NCBI GenBank assembly: GCA_043804695.1
Contig: JAZDIV010000048.1
Location: forward strand, 1 to 64,000
Origin: PVC group bacterium
Lineage (GTDB): Bacteria; Auribacterota; Erginobacteria; Erginobacterales; Erginobacteraceae
Direction of reading: 5' to 3'
DNA length: 64,000 nucleotides
The notes beneath the pieces are model-generated. The model saw only the letters and a program-made list of their open reading frames with translations. It had not been told where the DNA came from and did not search any database. Position numbers and translations under genes: made by a program. This document shows, piece by piece, positions 1-9,513 of the stretch (the stretch's first letter is position 1; the number at the start of each line of letters is the position of its first letter).

Positions 1-139
1 GATCGCGGTCATTGCGAGCGTTAGCCGAAGCCGCGAGCAAAGCGTGGCGGGAAGCAATCTCTTGCTGTGCATAGAGTTGAGATTGCTTCGTCGCTTCGCT
101 CCTCGCAATGACATGTCCATACAATTATGGACTGACTAA
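1..139. mobile_element. MITE family 1 (truncated by window edge) with internal RPE-like palindrome
   Basis: Near-identical to the 3' part of 9196-9339; GTCATTGCGAG...CTCGCAATGAC palindrome; ends GGACTGACTAA followed by TA. Confidence 0.75.
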
Positions 140-264
140 TATATTACGGACAATAGTTGAAATAAAGTACCTGCAAAATATAATTTCGCTTTCAAGGTAT
201 CGCTATTCCTAACAGTTCGCTTAATTTGGGCCTAGGAATGGGCGCCTTTTGGCAGAAACCCGGT

Positions 265-330
265 GAGTTTGGATATTGGAATTTGAAATTTGTTTGAATT
301 TAGGTGCTTGGGATTTGAAATTTTGAATTA
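265..330. repeat. Degenerate TTGGAATTTG-type short tandem repeat
   Basis: Similar tracts at ~27095-27155 and ~29895-29960. Confidence 0.6.
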
Positions 331-373
331 CTGTGAACCAGAACAATATGTCCGATATTTTTCCATATAGAGA

Positions 374-946
374 ATGATTGAAAACCAGCAAACTTTGTAT
401 ATTCGCGACATGATCTGGGGAGGGGTCTGGGGGGCGCTGGCGCTTTTTCTCCCGCTCCTGCTTCATCCTTTCGGACTGGGGTCTCATCTGATGCCGATGT
501 TCCTGCCTCTCCTGGTCGCTGGCTGCACCCTCCAGCTCCGGACCGGCATCGTTCTTGCCGTCTCCATCCCGCTGATTTCATCTCTCTTCACCGGGATGCC
601 CCCATTCTACCCCCCGCTAGCGGTCCTGATGGTTCTGGAGGCGGTCTCGATGAACATCTGGCTCTTCTGGTCGTACCGGAAGAGGAGGTGGAATATTCAT
701 TTTTCCTTGATTGTCGCCTTCCTAATTCAGCGCGTGGTCAGGGTGCTTTTTATCCTCGCCGCCCGGGAAATTGTTCCTCTCCCGGCCGCCTGGCTTTTCA
801 TCCCGGCCCTGATCTGGGGGGTGCCGGGGGCGGTCATTCAGACGGGTGTCATCCCCTGGGTGGTGAGGGTGATCGAGGTGCAGTTCTGTCCGGTCGGTCC
901 CCGGCGTCCCGCCCGGGAGGACACCCGGAGGGAGATTGCCGGATGA
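374..946 (+). CDS. Multi-pass membrane protein resembling an ECF-transporter S component
   Basis: About 6 hydrophobic segments; LMPMFLPLL, PLISSLFTGMPP and PGAVIQ..IP motifs recalled from S-component-like proteins. Confidence 0.6.
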   Translation: MIENQQTLYIRDMIWGGVWGALALFLPLLLHPFGLGSHLMPMFLPLLVAGCTLQLRTGIVLAVSIPLISSLFTGMPPFYPPLAVLMVLEAVSMNIWLFWSYRKRRWNIHFSLIVAFLIQRVVRVLFILAAREIVPLPAAWLFIPALIWGVPGAVIQTGVIPWVVRVIEVQFCPVGPRRPAREDTRREIAG

Positions 947-1545
947 TGGAGAAGCAGCATTATTTTGACCGCCTCTCTTCCGGGTGGCATGAGAATAACA
1001 GCCTGACCATTCGCGAACGGGAACTTCTCCGGGATGTCCTGCCTCCCGGCGAACTCTCCCGGGGCGGCGTCGTCCTCGACCTGGGCGGGGGCACGGGACG
1101 GCTCGTCGAGTTTTTGCTGGCAGACTATCCTCTCTGCTGCCTGGTTCTGGACCTTTCCTACGGGATGCTCAAGGAAGGATGCCGCTGTTACGGGCATCCG
1201 TCCGCGGTCCGGATTCAGGCCGATGCCTGCCGCCTGCCGTTCTCCGGCGAGAGCGTCCGCTGCATCTTCAGTTTTTGCTCCTTTCCTCACTTTGACCGGC
1301 AAGAAGAGGTGCTCCGGGAGTGTCGGAGAGTCCTGGTCCCTTCCGGTGTGTTCGTGATCCTCCACAGCTGCAGCCGGGAGGAGATCAATCGTTTCCATGC
1401 CCTGCAATCGGCACCCGTCGCGAACGACCGCCTGCCTTCCCTGGAGCGTTTCCGGGACTGGGGAACGGCGCTGCGATGGATCCCCGAACGCCTGGAAAAC
1501 AGCCCTCAGCGATTCCTGGTCCGCTACCGCAAGCCCCCTGTCTGA
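943..1545 (+). CDS. Class I SAM-dependent methyltransferase
   Basis: VLDLGGGTG motif I, QADACRLPF, ECRRVLVPSG; ATGA overlap with the upstream stop supports a start at 943. Confidence 0.85.
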   Translation: MMEKQHYFDRLSSGWHENNSLTIRERELLRDVLPPGELSRGGVVLDLGGGTGRLVEFLLADYPLCCLVLDLSYGMLKEGCRCYGHPSAVRIQADACRLPFSGESVRCIFSFCSFPHFDRQEEVLRECRRVLVPSGVFVILHSCSREEINRFHALQSAPVANDRLPSLERFRDWGTALRWIPERLENSPQRFLVRYRKPPV

Positions 1546-1769
1546 TCGCCTCCGGGGCAAATTTATCCTTGACACATCTTCCGTTTGTATTAAAGATAGC
1601 CCGGTAATTAATAACCATATTCGTTCGATATCCTATTGTTGGGCAATTATGTGAATACGGTTACATCGTACTATTTTTTCTAAACCGGCAGGATAACGGT
1701 GTATTATGATGCGTAAAGGCACGTTTTATTTCCGTGTACAATTGATAACACTGATAGAGGAGGTATGTC

Positions 1770-2264
1770 ATGGCTGATATCGCGAAGGCATTGAAAGAAG
1801 AGATCGTCCGACTGTCCCGGAAAGAGGTGAAAAAGTCGGTTCTGCCGCTGCGCGGCCGGCTGCTGGCTCTGGTCCGGACGGTTGCCCGGCAGGAGAAAAC
1901 GATCACCGGTCTTCAGAAGGTAATCGCCCGCCAGAAAAAACTGCTGGCCGAAGCCGCCCCGGTTCCGGAAGCCGTTCCGGAAGAAGACGTCAGGAAGGCC
2001 CGGATCAGCCCCCGGCTGGTCAGGGCTCAGAGAAAACGGCTGAAACTGAAGCAGGGCGAGTTCGCCCGTCTCCTCGGCGTGAGCGTGGCCACGATCCGGT
2101 CCTGGGAGCAGGGACGGTCGCAGCCGCGGGGAGACAATCTGGCCATTTTTATCGCCGTGCGCAGGATGAAGCTGGCCGAGGCGCGGGAGCGGCTGGGGAT
2201 CACGCCGGCCTACCGGAAGAGGGGACGCCCGAAAAAGAAGGGAAGAAGGAAAAAGGGAAGCTGA
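1770..2264 (+). CDS. XRE-family HTH protein with N-terminal coiled coil and basic AT-hook-like tail
   Basis: LKQGEFARLLGVSVATIRSWEQGRSQP HTH; RKRGRPKKK tail; SD GAGGAGG. Confidence 0.85.
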   Translation: MADIAKALKEEIVRLSRKEVKKSVLPLRGRLLALVRTVARQEKTITGLQKVIARQKKLLAEAAPVPEAVPEEDVRKARISPRLVRAQRKRLKLKQGEFARLLGVSVATIRSWEQGRSQPRGDNLAIFIAVRRMKLAEARERLGITPAYRKRGRPKKKGRRKKGS

Positions 2265-2339
2265 CGCGCCGCTTCGGAATGAAGATCGGCTTAAAGAATA
2301 CGATCATCCATTGTGGTGAGGATAAAAACCGCATAAGCG

Positions 2340-2470
2340 GATCAGATAATCAGGGGACCAGTAGGCAGGGTATCAGAAAATCAGAGGATCAGTAGGAGTG
2401 GCCGGCCGCGCCTGATAATCTGATATCCTGATATTCTTCCCATTGAGATACTGATAAACTGATATCCAAT
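2340..2470. repeat. ATCAG/CTGAT-rich inverted tandem repeat tract
   Basis: ATCAG units followed by CTGATA units; same family at 25735-26060, 41730-41855, 44910-44990. Confidence 0.65.
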
Positions 2471-2507
2471 TCGCGCTCTTTAATCCCCGGATATGTTTCT
2501 AACAAGG

Positions 2508-4493
2508 TTAGTGCTCCTTCCGGAAGGCGGGGGGGCAGCGGCGGAGCTCCTCCTCGGCTTCAGATAACCGGTTGAGCTTCTGCAGGCAGAAGGCCGCCGA
2601 GAGGTGGATCCGTGCCAGCGACGGGTCGATCCGGAGCGCTTCTTTGAACTCGTTCAGGGCCGCTTCGAACTGTTCCTCCCGGACCAGGAGGTTTCCCAGG
2701 TTGGTATGAGCGGGGGCGTACTCCGGCTGCAGATCTAACGCCGTCAGGAAAGCGGTCCGGGCTTTCCCGGCCTCTCCTTCCTCGCGGTACACCATCCCCA
2801 GGTTGTTCCAAGCCCGGTGATGATCCGGCTTTTCACTCACTGCCGCCAGGTAGTGTTCCCGGGCTTGCCGGTAGAGACAGTGCTCGGCGTAGGCGTTCCC
2901 GATCTCGAAGTCGGGTTCCTGCCGCCCGCTCCGGTGCTCGCTCTTCAGCTGCCGGAACCCGGCTTGGGCCTTCTCCAGTTCTCCCTCCCCGAGATAGGCC
3001 TGCCCCAGAGCATACTGAATCCGGTAGCCGATAGGTATGGCCGGGGCCGGGGCCGTCTCGAGATCGGCCCGCGCTTTTTTCAGGTAATCGACGGCCCGGT
3101 GATACTGGCCGTCACGATAGTACACTTCTCCCGCGGAGAGGTGCGAGGCAGAGGAGGGGACCGCTTCCGGAACCAGCCCCGTACCGATGAAGAGAAACAC
3201 CCCGGCCAGAATGATCCCGGTCGCGGTCCGTGTCTGCTTCCGCCGGATCGAGCGGAAGAGAAAGGAAACAGCGCCGGCGGCGAAGAGCGCGAAGAAAGGA
3301 GCGGCCGGGAGCCGGAACCGGTCGGCGATAAAGAAGAGGGCGATCGAAGCGGCATAGCCGGCGGTGAGGAGATAGAGGAGCCCCAGCCGCTTCCTTTCCT
3401 TCCAGCCGGTGACCATCCCCAGGATACCGCCCGCCGACAGTACGTGCCAGGAGAAGGGCAGGCGCAGGATTGGGAGCTGATCCCGGAAGAAGGGGAGATG
3501 ATAGTTGTCGGAGAAGGAGCCGGCGCTGAAGAAGAGCGCTGTTTTCCGGACCAGCAGGCCGAGAAAGAGGAGTGGCCGGGAAACGGCGAACCGCCGGCCT
3601 TCCCGGAACCAGAAGCGGGAACTTTCGGAAGGGGAGAGCGGCCGCCCCGCGCGCCGCTCGGCTTCCCGCTGAAAATCATTGTGCTGGAGGGACGGGGTAC
3701 CGCGGGCAAAGTCCGGGATCCGGCTGACGCCGGTGGCAGCCGGATTATTGCCGATGTAAAAGTTCTCCCCGCCGTGGGAGGAGACGAAGACCAGCTCGCG
3801 CCGGGAGAGACTCAGGTAAAGAGAAACGGGGATGACCACGATCAGGATCCCGGACAGGAAAAGGAGGGACGCGTTTCGGCGCTCCGCGCCTCTCCCCCAA
3901 AATGAGATCAGGATCCAGGCCAGCGCCCCCAGTGGGAGCAGGGTCGGGCGGGCCAGAGTGAGCATCCCGCCGATGATCCCGCCGCCGAGCCATTGCCCGG
4001 GCCGCCGTCCGGCCGCGGCCGAAAGCAGGGACGAGAGCAGTGCCGCCGCCAGGAAAGCGGTCAGCGAAGCGGAGAGGAACCAGCCCTCGTAAAAGACCGC
4101 GGGGGTGTAGATGGCGTAGAAAAAGGCTGCCAGCAGGCCGGTTTTTACGCTGAAAAGACATTTTCCGGCCCGGAAGATCAGGAGACAGGTGACGACCCCG
4201 AGCCCGTGCTGGACAATCCGGAGCGCCAGCGGTCCGGCGTGCAGGAACCGGATCAGGAACGCCAGAAAGTAAGGGTAGAGGGGATTCCCCTGGTATTCGG
4301 GGAAGAAATGAAAGCCGCTCCGGGCCAGACTGGAGCCCCAGGACAGGTAGTACTGCGCGTCGAGAACCGGATGGCGGAAAAAGGGCGTGGAGGAAAGCTC
4401 GATTAAATAGGCGGCCCGCACCAGCGCCGCGATCACGATCACCCCCGCCAGCAAAACAGGGGTCGCGTTTGCTCTTTGCTCACCGCCTCTCAT
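2508..4493 (-). CDS. GT-C fold (PMT/ArnT-like) membrane glycosyltransferase with C-terminal TPR repeats
   Basis: Many TM helices, DAQYY, NFYIGNN, RFRLP motifs; TPR repeats AWNNLG/AHTNLG; start codon uncertain. Confidence 0.75.
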   Translation of the reverse strand: MRGGEQRANATPVLLAGVIVIAALVRAAYLIELSSTPFFRHPVLDAQYYLSWGSSLARSGFHFFPEYQGNPLYPYFLAFLIRFLHAGPLALRIVQHGLGVVTCLLIFRAGKCLFSVKTGLLAAFFYAIYTPAVFYEGWFLSASLTAFLAAALLSSLLSAAAGRRPGQWLGGGIIGGMLTLARPTLLPLGALAWILISFWGRGAERRNASLLFLSGILIVVIPVSLYLSLSRRELVFVSSHGGENFYIGNNPAATGVSRIPDFARGTPSLQHNDFQREAERRAGRPLSPSESSRFWFREGRRFAVSRPLLFLGLLVRKTALFFSAGSFSDNYHLPFFRDQLPILRLPFSWHVLSAGGILGMVTGWKERKRLGLLYLLTAGYAASIALFFIADRFRLPAAPFFALFAAGAVSFLFRSIRRKQTRTATGIILAGVFLFIGTGLVPEAVPSSASHLSAGEVYYRDGQYHRAVDYLKKARADLETAPAPAIPIGYRIQYALGQAYLGEGELEKAQAGFRQLKSEHRSGRQEPDFEIGNAYAEHCLYRQAREHYLAAVSEKPDHHRAWNNLGMVYREEGEAGKARTAFLTALDLQPEYAPAHTNLGNLLVREEQFEAALNEFKEALRIDPSLARIHLSAAFCLQKLNRLSEAEEELRRCPPAFRKEH

Positions 4494-4584
4494 CTCCGGT
4501 ATTCCCAGATCATTTTTATCGTTTGAGGAGTGTAACACAGTCTCCGACAGGAGCCAAGAGGCGAAGTGATCCCTATTTTATACT

Positions 4585-4611
4585 TTGAAAATTTCGGGAA
4601 CGTGATAGACT
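4585..4611 (+). promoter_or_regulatory. Possible extended -10 promoter
   Basis: TTGAAA ... TGaTAGACT upstream of the 4719 gene; spacer is short (15 nt). Confidence 0.35.
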
Positions 4612-4718
4612 AAAACACAAAATACCGAGTCGGGTCCCGCGCGCGAAGATCCACATCCCTGTTCCCGAAGAGGCCCGGGCTCGGAGTTTAACTTTTATAA
4701 CAAACATGATTCAGGAAG

Positions 4719-5840
4719 GTGATGAAAGTGAACCCGATTATTGAAAAGATGCGAAAAGACCCGGAATATTCCCGTTACGCCCTGCCGATCAACGAAGATG
4801 AAGATTTCCGGGATGCCATGTATTTTCTAAAAGATGACGGAACATTCATCTTTTCCGAGGGGTACTATCATCAGATCGAGAAACCCCGGGAGGAGAGGAT
4901 CGTCAATTCCCATTATTTTTACGTACCTCTGGACCCCGCCCGGAAGGTGCCGAAACACTGTATCAAGAAATTTTTCGGGCTGCCGTTCGAGAACATCACG
5001 AGAGACATCATGGAGAACGAGCCGCTCGATCAGCTCTACCCGTTGCAGCTGGCAAGATACATCGAGCTGGACCCGACCCAGAAAGAGATCGAGAGGCCGG
5101 TCTACGGGATATACAAGGCCCGGGTCCCCCTGACCTCGCTGGTGGCGTACTTTCCCCATAGAAACTCCCTGCAGCGCATCATGGAGAAAGCCGGCGAGGA
5201 CCTGGTCGCCGGCAAGATCAAGACCATCGCCGAGCACACGGCCGACCTGCTGGAGACCGACATCTCCCAGCTCGGCATTTCCGGCTCCGTCTCCCTGGGG
5301 ACATACGCCAATCCGCACGACCTTGATTTCGTTGTCTACACCTCCACCCCCGAGATAAAAAGGATCGTCGACTTCATGTACACCCTGACCGACGGGAACG
5401 AGGAACGGCAGGTATACGAATTCGGCAAGTACTGGCCGATCCGGTTCTGGGACCGGGTGGGGGATGAGAGATTCATGGTCTGCCCCTTCTTCTCTTTCCT
5501 CGATCCGGAAGAGGCTCCCCTGCGAAACTTCGACTGCGAGGATCGGGGGCCGGTTGTCGTGGAGGCCACCGTCGCCGACGACACCTTCAACGCCGTCAAC
5601 CCCACCATCCTGATGTTGGAGGACGTGAAGGTCGCGGGGAAGGCTGATCCCGAAATCAACCGCCTGATCATCCACCACGGGGCGGAGCGGGGAGACTGGC
5701 GGGAAGGGAACCGAATCCGGGTGAAGGGCCACCGGGTCTGGATCAGGACTTACCGGGTCGTCGAAAAGCAGCGTCAGCCCCTGGATGAGTACATCGCCGT
5801 TATGGAGGACAACCTGGGCGATGTCCGGCTGGCGGAGTAG
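4719..5840 (+). CDS. Predicted Pol-beta-superfamily nucleotidyltransferase (archaeal COG1665-like)
   Basis: LGISGSVSLG...HDLDFVVY = hG[GS]x9-13DhD motif; beta-rich C-terminus suggests an OB fold. Confidence 0.6.
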   Translation: MMKVNPIIEKMRKDPEYSRYALPINEDEDFRDAMYFLKDDGTFIFSEGYYHQIEKPREERIVNSHYFYVPLDPARKVPKHCIKKFFGLPFENITRDIMENEPLDQLYPLQLARYIELDPTQKEIERPVYGIYKARVPLTSLVAYFPHRNSLQRIMEKAGEDLVAGKIKTIAEHTADLLETDISQLGISGSVSLGTYANPHDLDFVVYTSTPEIKRIVDFMYTLTDGNEERQVYEFGKYWPIRFWDRVGDERFMVCPFFSFLDPEEAPLRNFDCEDRGPVVVEATVADDTFNAVNPTILMLEDVKVAGKADPEINRLIIHHGAERGDWREGNRIRVKGHRVWIRTYRVVEKQRQPLDEYIAVMEDNLGDVRLAE

Positions 5841-5954
5841 GGCGCCCGGGCCGGGTCAGATGCCCGCCGCTCTGCCGGCCGCGCGCGTTTCCCCCCGCCG
5901 TCCCCGTCCGCCGGCCGCGGAGCGGGCGCTGGAAAACATAAGCCAGGAGCAGAC

Positions 5955-7514
5955 GTGACCCCCATCTGGCATCACATAATTATCCGGGGCGCGCGGGTGG
6001 TGGACGGGAGCGTCGGACCTGCCTTCCGGGCGGATGTCGGGGTCCGGGACGGCGTGATCGCGGCGGTTGGCGATCTCAGGGAAGAAAAAGCTGATCGCGT
6101 TATCGACTGCCCCGGCTCCGTTCTCTGTCCCGGGTTCATCGACATTCACTCCCACTCCGACTTCACCATTCTGATCGATCCCCGGGCCGAGGGCAAGGTT
6201 CGGCAGGGGGTGACGACGGAGGCGATCGGGCAGTGCGGCGGTTCCGCGGCACCCCTTTTTGGCGAGAAGCTGGAGCGGGTGCGGGGACAGTACCCGGAAC
6301 TATCTATCAACTGGACGACACTCGGCGAGTACCGGAAGAGAGTCGAGGATCAGGGGACGGCGGTTAACCTCGTCCCTTTCACCGGGCAGGGAAATATCCG
6401 GGGATCGGTTATCGGGTATGGCGGGGGGGCGCCCTCGCGAGAGGAGATGAAGTGGATGCTCTCCCTCCTGGAGGAGGAAATCGCGGCGGGGAGCCGGGGC
6501 ATCTCGACCGGCTTGGTCTATCCACCCGGGAGCTTTGGCGGGTTCGGAGAACTGACTGAACTGCTCCGACTGGTCGCCGGGGCGGGGGGGATATACGCCA
6601 CCCACATGCGGAATGAAAGCGACCAGGTGGAGGCGGCGGTGGAGGAGGCGATCAGACTGGCCGAAGAGACCGGGATATCGCTTCAAATCTCCCACCTGAA
6701 AGCGCAGGGGCGGCGGAACTGGCACCGGCTCTCCGCCTGTTTCGAGAAGATCGAAGGCGCCCGGGCCCGGGGATTGAATGTCAACTGCGACCGGTACCCG
6801 TATCTCGCTTCGGCAACGGGACTCGACATCCTGCTGCCAGCGGGGGCCAGTGAAGGTGGCGCGGCGGAGGAACTGAGACGCTTGAAGGACCCTGCGGAAC
6901 GACGCAGGATGGCGGAGGAGGTCGACCGGGACGACTGGGACGGTGTGGTCGTCTCCCATGTCTCGACGGAGGCGAACCGTGATCTCGAAGGTTTGAACCT
7001 GGAAGAGATCGCGGAAAGGAGAGGCGTCTCCCCGCTCGACTGTTTCTTCGATATTTTGGTCGAGGAGGAGTTGAACGTGGAGGCGCTCTTCTTCGGGATG
7101 AGCCTCGACAACCTCCGGCGGATCCTGCAAAAGCCCTACTGCATGGTCGGGTCGGACGCCTCGGCGCGGGCGGTGACCGGACCGCTCTCCCGGGGCAAGC
7201 CCCACCCCCGGACCTTCGGGACCTTCCCCCGGGTCCTGGGCGAGTTCGTCAGGAACGGCACCCTGGCACTGGAAGAGGCGGTCTTCAAGATGACGGGTCT
7301 GCCGGCTCGAAAACTGGGACTGAAGGACTGCGGGGTCATCAGGGAAGGGGCGGTGGCCGACCTGGTCATCTTCAGCCCGGATAGAATCAAAGACCGGGCG
7401 ACCTACCGGGACCCGAAGCAGTACCCCTCCGGGATCGAGTACGTGATCGTCAACGGAGAGATCGTGGTGGAAGACGGGGAGCATACCGGGCGACTCCCCG
7501 GGCGCTTTCTGTAA
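5955..7514 (+). CDS. N-acyl-D-amino-acid deacylase (amidohydrolase family)
   Basis: PGFIDIHSHSD, GQCG, THMRNE, ISHLK, GSDA, HPRTFGTFPRVLG motifs. Confidence 0.9.
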   Translation: MTPIWHHIIIRGARVVDGSVGPAFRADVGVRDGVIAAVGDLREEKADRVIDCPGSVLCPGFIDIHSHSDFTILIDPRAEGKVRQGVTTEAIGQCGGSAAPLFGEKLERVRGQYPELSINWTTLGEYRKRVEDQGTAVNLVPFTGQGNIRGSVIGYGGGAPSREEMKWMLSLLEEEIAAGSRGISTGLVYPPGSFGGFGELTELLRLVAGAGGIYATHMRNESDQVEAAVEEAIRLAEETGISLQISHLKAQGRRNWHRLSACFEKIEGARARGLNVNCDRYPYLASATGLDILLPAGASEGGAAEELRRLKDPAERRRMAEEVDRDDWDGVVVSHVSTEANRDLEGLNLEEIAERRGVSPLDCFFDILVEEELNVEALFFGMSLDNLRRILQKPYCMVGSDASARAVTGPLSRGKPHPRTFGTFPRVLGEFVRNGTLALEEAVFKMTGLPARKLGLKDCGVIREGAVADLVIFSPDRIKDRATYRDPKQYPSGIEYVIVNGEIVVEDGEHTGRLPGRFL

Positions 7515-7653
7515 ATACGGCTTCTTTTAAGTGCGGATCAGTCAGATCGGACTGATCCGTTGAACGTAGAGCACACGATGTTCATCCTTCTTTACTTTCG
7601 TTGCCTCTTCACGGTTTCATGATACGGTTGTGTTCATGACCCATTTTCGCACA

Positions 7654-9213
7654 ATGAGATTGGCCGCACTGATGATTCTGCTGGCCTTTAGCGGGTGCGG
7701 TTCGCGGAATGGGGAGGAAGAGAACTTTCTCCGCCTCCGGCTGAAGGATGACCCGTCCACTCTCGACCCGGCCTACATCGTGGACGTTCCGGGCGGGGCG
7801 CTGGCGGCCAAGATCTTCAACGGGCTGGTTCGTTTCGATGCGGATGGGAAGATCGTGCCCGACCTCGCCGCTCGCTGGGAGGTCACGGAGGATAGCCGGA
7901 CCTACCGGTTTTTTCTGAGAGAAGGGGCGCGTTTCACCAACGGCCGGGAGGTGACGGCGGAGGATGCTGTCTTCTCCCTTCGCCGTATCCTCGATCCCGC
8001 GGTCAACTCGCCCCGGTCCTGGCTCCTGAAGGCGGTGCAGGGCGCCCCCGGCTTCATGGCCGGAGAATCGGCGGAACTGCCCGGGATCAGAGCGGCCGGT
8101 AAGAATACGGTCGAGATCGAACTGAGCGAGCCGTCCGCCCTTTTCCTGGATTTCCTGGCCATGCCCAACGCCTCCATCATCCCCCGGGAAGAGACGGAGA
8201 AACCCGGAGAGACGTTTTCGGATCATCCCTGCGGGACCGGTCCTTTCCGGCTCGTCGAGTGGGGGCACAACAACCGGATCGTCCTGGAGCGGAACCCGGA
8301 TTACTTTGACGGGCCGCCGCGCCTGGCGGGGATCCTCTACCGGGTGATCCCGGAAACGCTGACCGCGGTGGTGGAATTCGAGCAGGGGAACCTCGATATC
8401 ATGGAAGTTCCCCGGGCCGAGTTTGGCAAATACACGACCGAATCGCCCTGGAAAGAGATGGTCCAGAGCCGGGTCGGGCTCAACTGTTATTACCTCGGGT
8501 TTAACTGCCGGCGCCCCCCCTTCGACGATCCCCGGGTCCGTCAGGCCTTCAACTATGCGATCGATCGGGAGAAAATCATCGGCGTTCTCCTGGAGGGGGG
8601 GGCCGTCCCCGCCGCCGGCCCCGTGCCGCCGGGTCTTCTCCCGGCCCGCCCCGCCGGCTACCGGTATGACCCGGCCCGGGCCGGAGAGCTGCTGGCCCGG
8701 GCGGGGGTTGACCTCCCCCTCAGGGCCGCGTTTCTCTTCAAGGCCGACCGGGAGGTTCTCAGCATCGCCGAGGTGATCCAGGACTATCTGAAGAAGGTCG
8801 GCATCGAGCTGACCCTCGTTCAGCGGGAGTGGAGCTCGTTCAAGCAGCTGGTCGATGAAGGGGAGTTCGACATTTTCTACCTCTCCTGGTGGGGCGATTA
8901 CCCGGACGCGGAGAACTTTCTTTACCCGACATTCCACTCAACCAACATCGGACCCGGGGGCAACCGGTCCCGCTTCAGCGATCGGGAGGTTGATGAGAAG
9001 CTGGCCGCCGCCGGCCGGGAAACGGACGGGGAAGAGCGGACCCGGCTGCTGACAGAGGCGGCGGAACGGGTAGCCGAGCGTGCCCCCTGGGTTTTTCTCT
9101 GGCACAAGAAGGACGTGGTGATCTGCAGTCCCCGGGTGGAGAATTACCGGATCCCGCTCATCTACAACGGGGATAAGTTCACCGGCATTCAGTTATTAAT
9201 CCGACCGTGGTAG
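7654..9213 (+). CDS. Peptide/nickel ABC transporter substrate-binding lipoprotein (family 5)
   Basis: Lipobox FSGC; LDPA, PDLAARWEV, GTGPF, VRQAFNYAIDRE motifs; alternative start 7636. Confidence 0.9.
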   Translation: MRLAALMILLAFSGCGSRNGEEENFLRLRLKDDPSTLDPAYIVDVPGGALAAKIFNGLVRFDADGKIVPDLAARWEVTEDSRTYRFFLREGARFTNGREVTAEDAVFSLRRILDPAVNSPRSWLLKAVQGAPGFMAGESAELPGIRAAGKNTVEIELSEPSALFLDFLAMPNASIIPREETEKPGETFSDHPCGTGPFRLVEWGHNNRIVLERNPDYFDGPPRLAGILYRVIPETLTAVVEFEQGNLDIMEVPRAEFGKYTTESPWKEMVQSRVGLNCYYLGFNCRRPPFDDPRVRQAFNYAIDREKIIGVLLEGGAVPAAGPVPPGLLPARPAGYRYDPARAGELLARAGVDLPLRAAFLFKADREVLSIAEVIQDYLKKVGIELTLVQREWSSFKQLVDEGEFDIFYLSWWGDYPDAENFLYPTFHSTNIGPGGNRSRFSDREVDEKLAAAGRETDGEERTRLLTEAAERVAERAPWVFLWHKKDVVICSPRVENYRIPLIYNGDKFTGIQLLIRPW

Positions 9214-9339
9214 TATTTACATCAACGATTGCGGTCATTGCGAGCGCAGTGAAGCAATCTCTTGCTGTGCATAGAGTTGAGATTGCTTCGTCGCTCCGCT
9301 CCTCGCAATGACATGTCCATACAATTATGGACTGACTAA
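9196..9339. mobile_element. MITE family 1, full copy
   Basis: Imperfect TIRs TTAATCCGACCGT / ATGGACTGACTAA, TA on both sides, internal RPE-like palindrome. Confidence 0.8.
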
Positions 9340-9341
9340 TA

Positions 9342-9434
9342 AAATAGGGGTCGCGTCTGCCCGCGGCTGATTTCGTTCCATTTCCTAATGAGGTCTGATA
9401 GGTAATTAGCCGGGAGCAGACGTGACCCCTATTT
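9342..9434. repeat. REPIN-like inverted repeat pair
   Basis: ATAGGGGTCGCGTCTGCCCGCGGCTGATT and AATTAGCCGGGAGCAGACGTGACCCCTAT are near reverse complements; a single arm also occurs at ~5939-5967. Confidence 0.7.
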
Positions 9435-9513
9435 GCGGATTGCCTAACGGGGAGGGGAGTGCTATGCTGGGCGGCATAGTGAAGTTCCGGAACGGGAACC
9501 GGGAGGCCGGCGG

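Noticed and set aside
688..942. N-terminal extension of the methyltransferase ORF
   Set aside because: It overlaps the membrane gene; the ATGA-coupled start at 943 is more plausible.
1569..1597. Promoter with TTGACA upstream of the XRE gene
   Set aside because: No convincing -10 box at 16-18 nt spacing.
1770..2264. Toxin-antitoxin pair
   Set aside because: No toxin ORF adjacent to the XRE gene.
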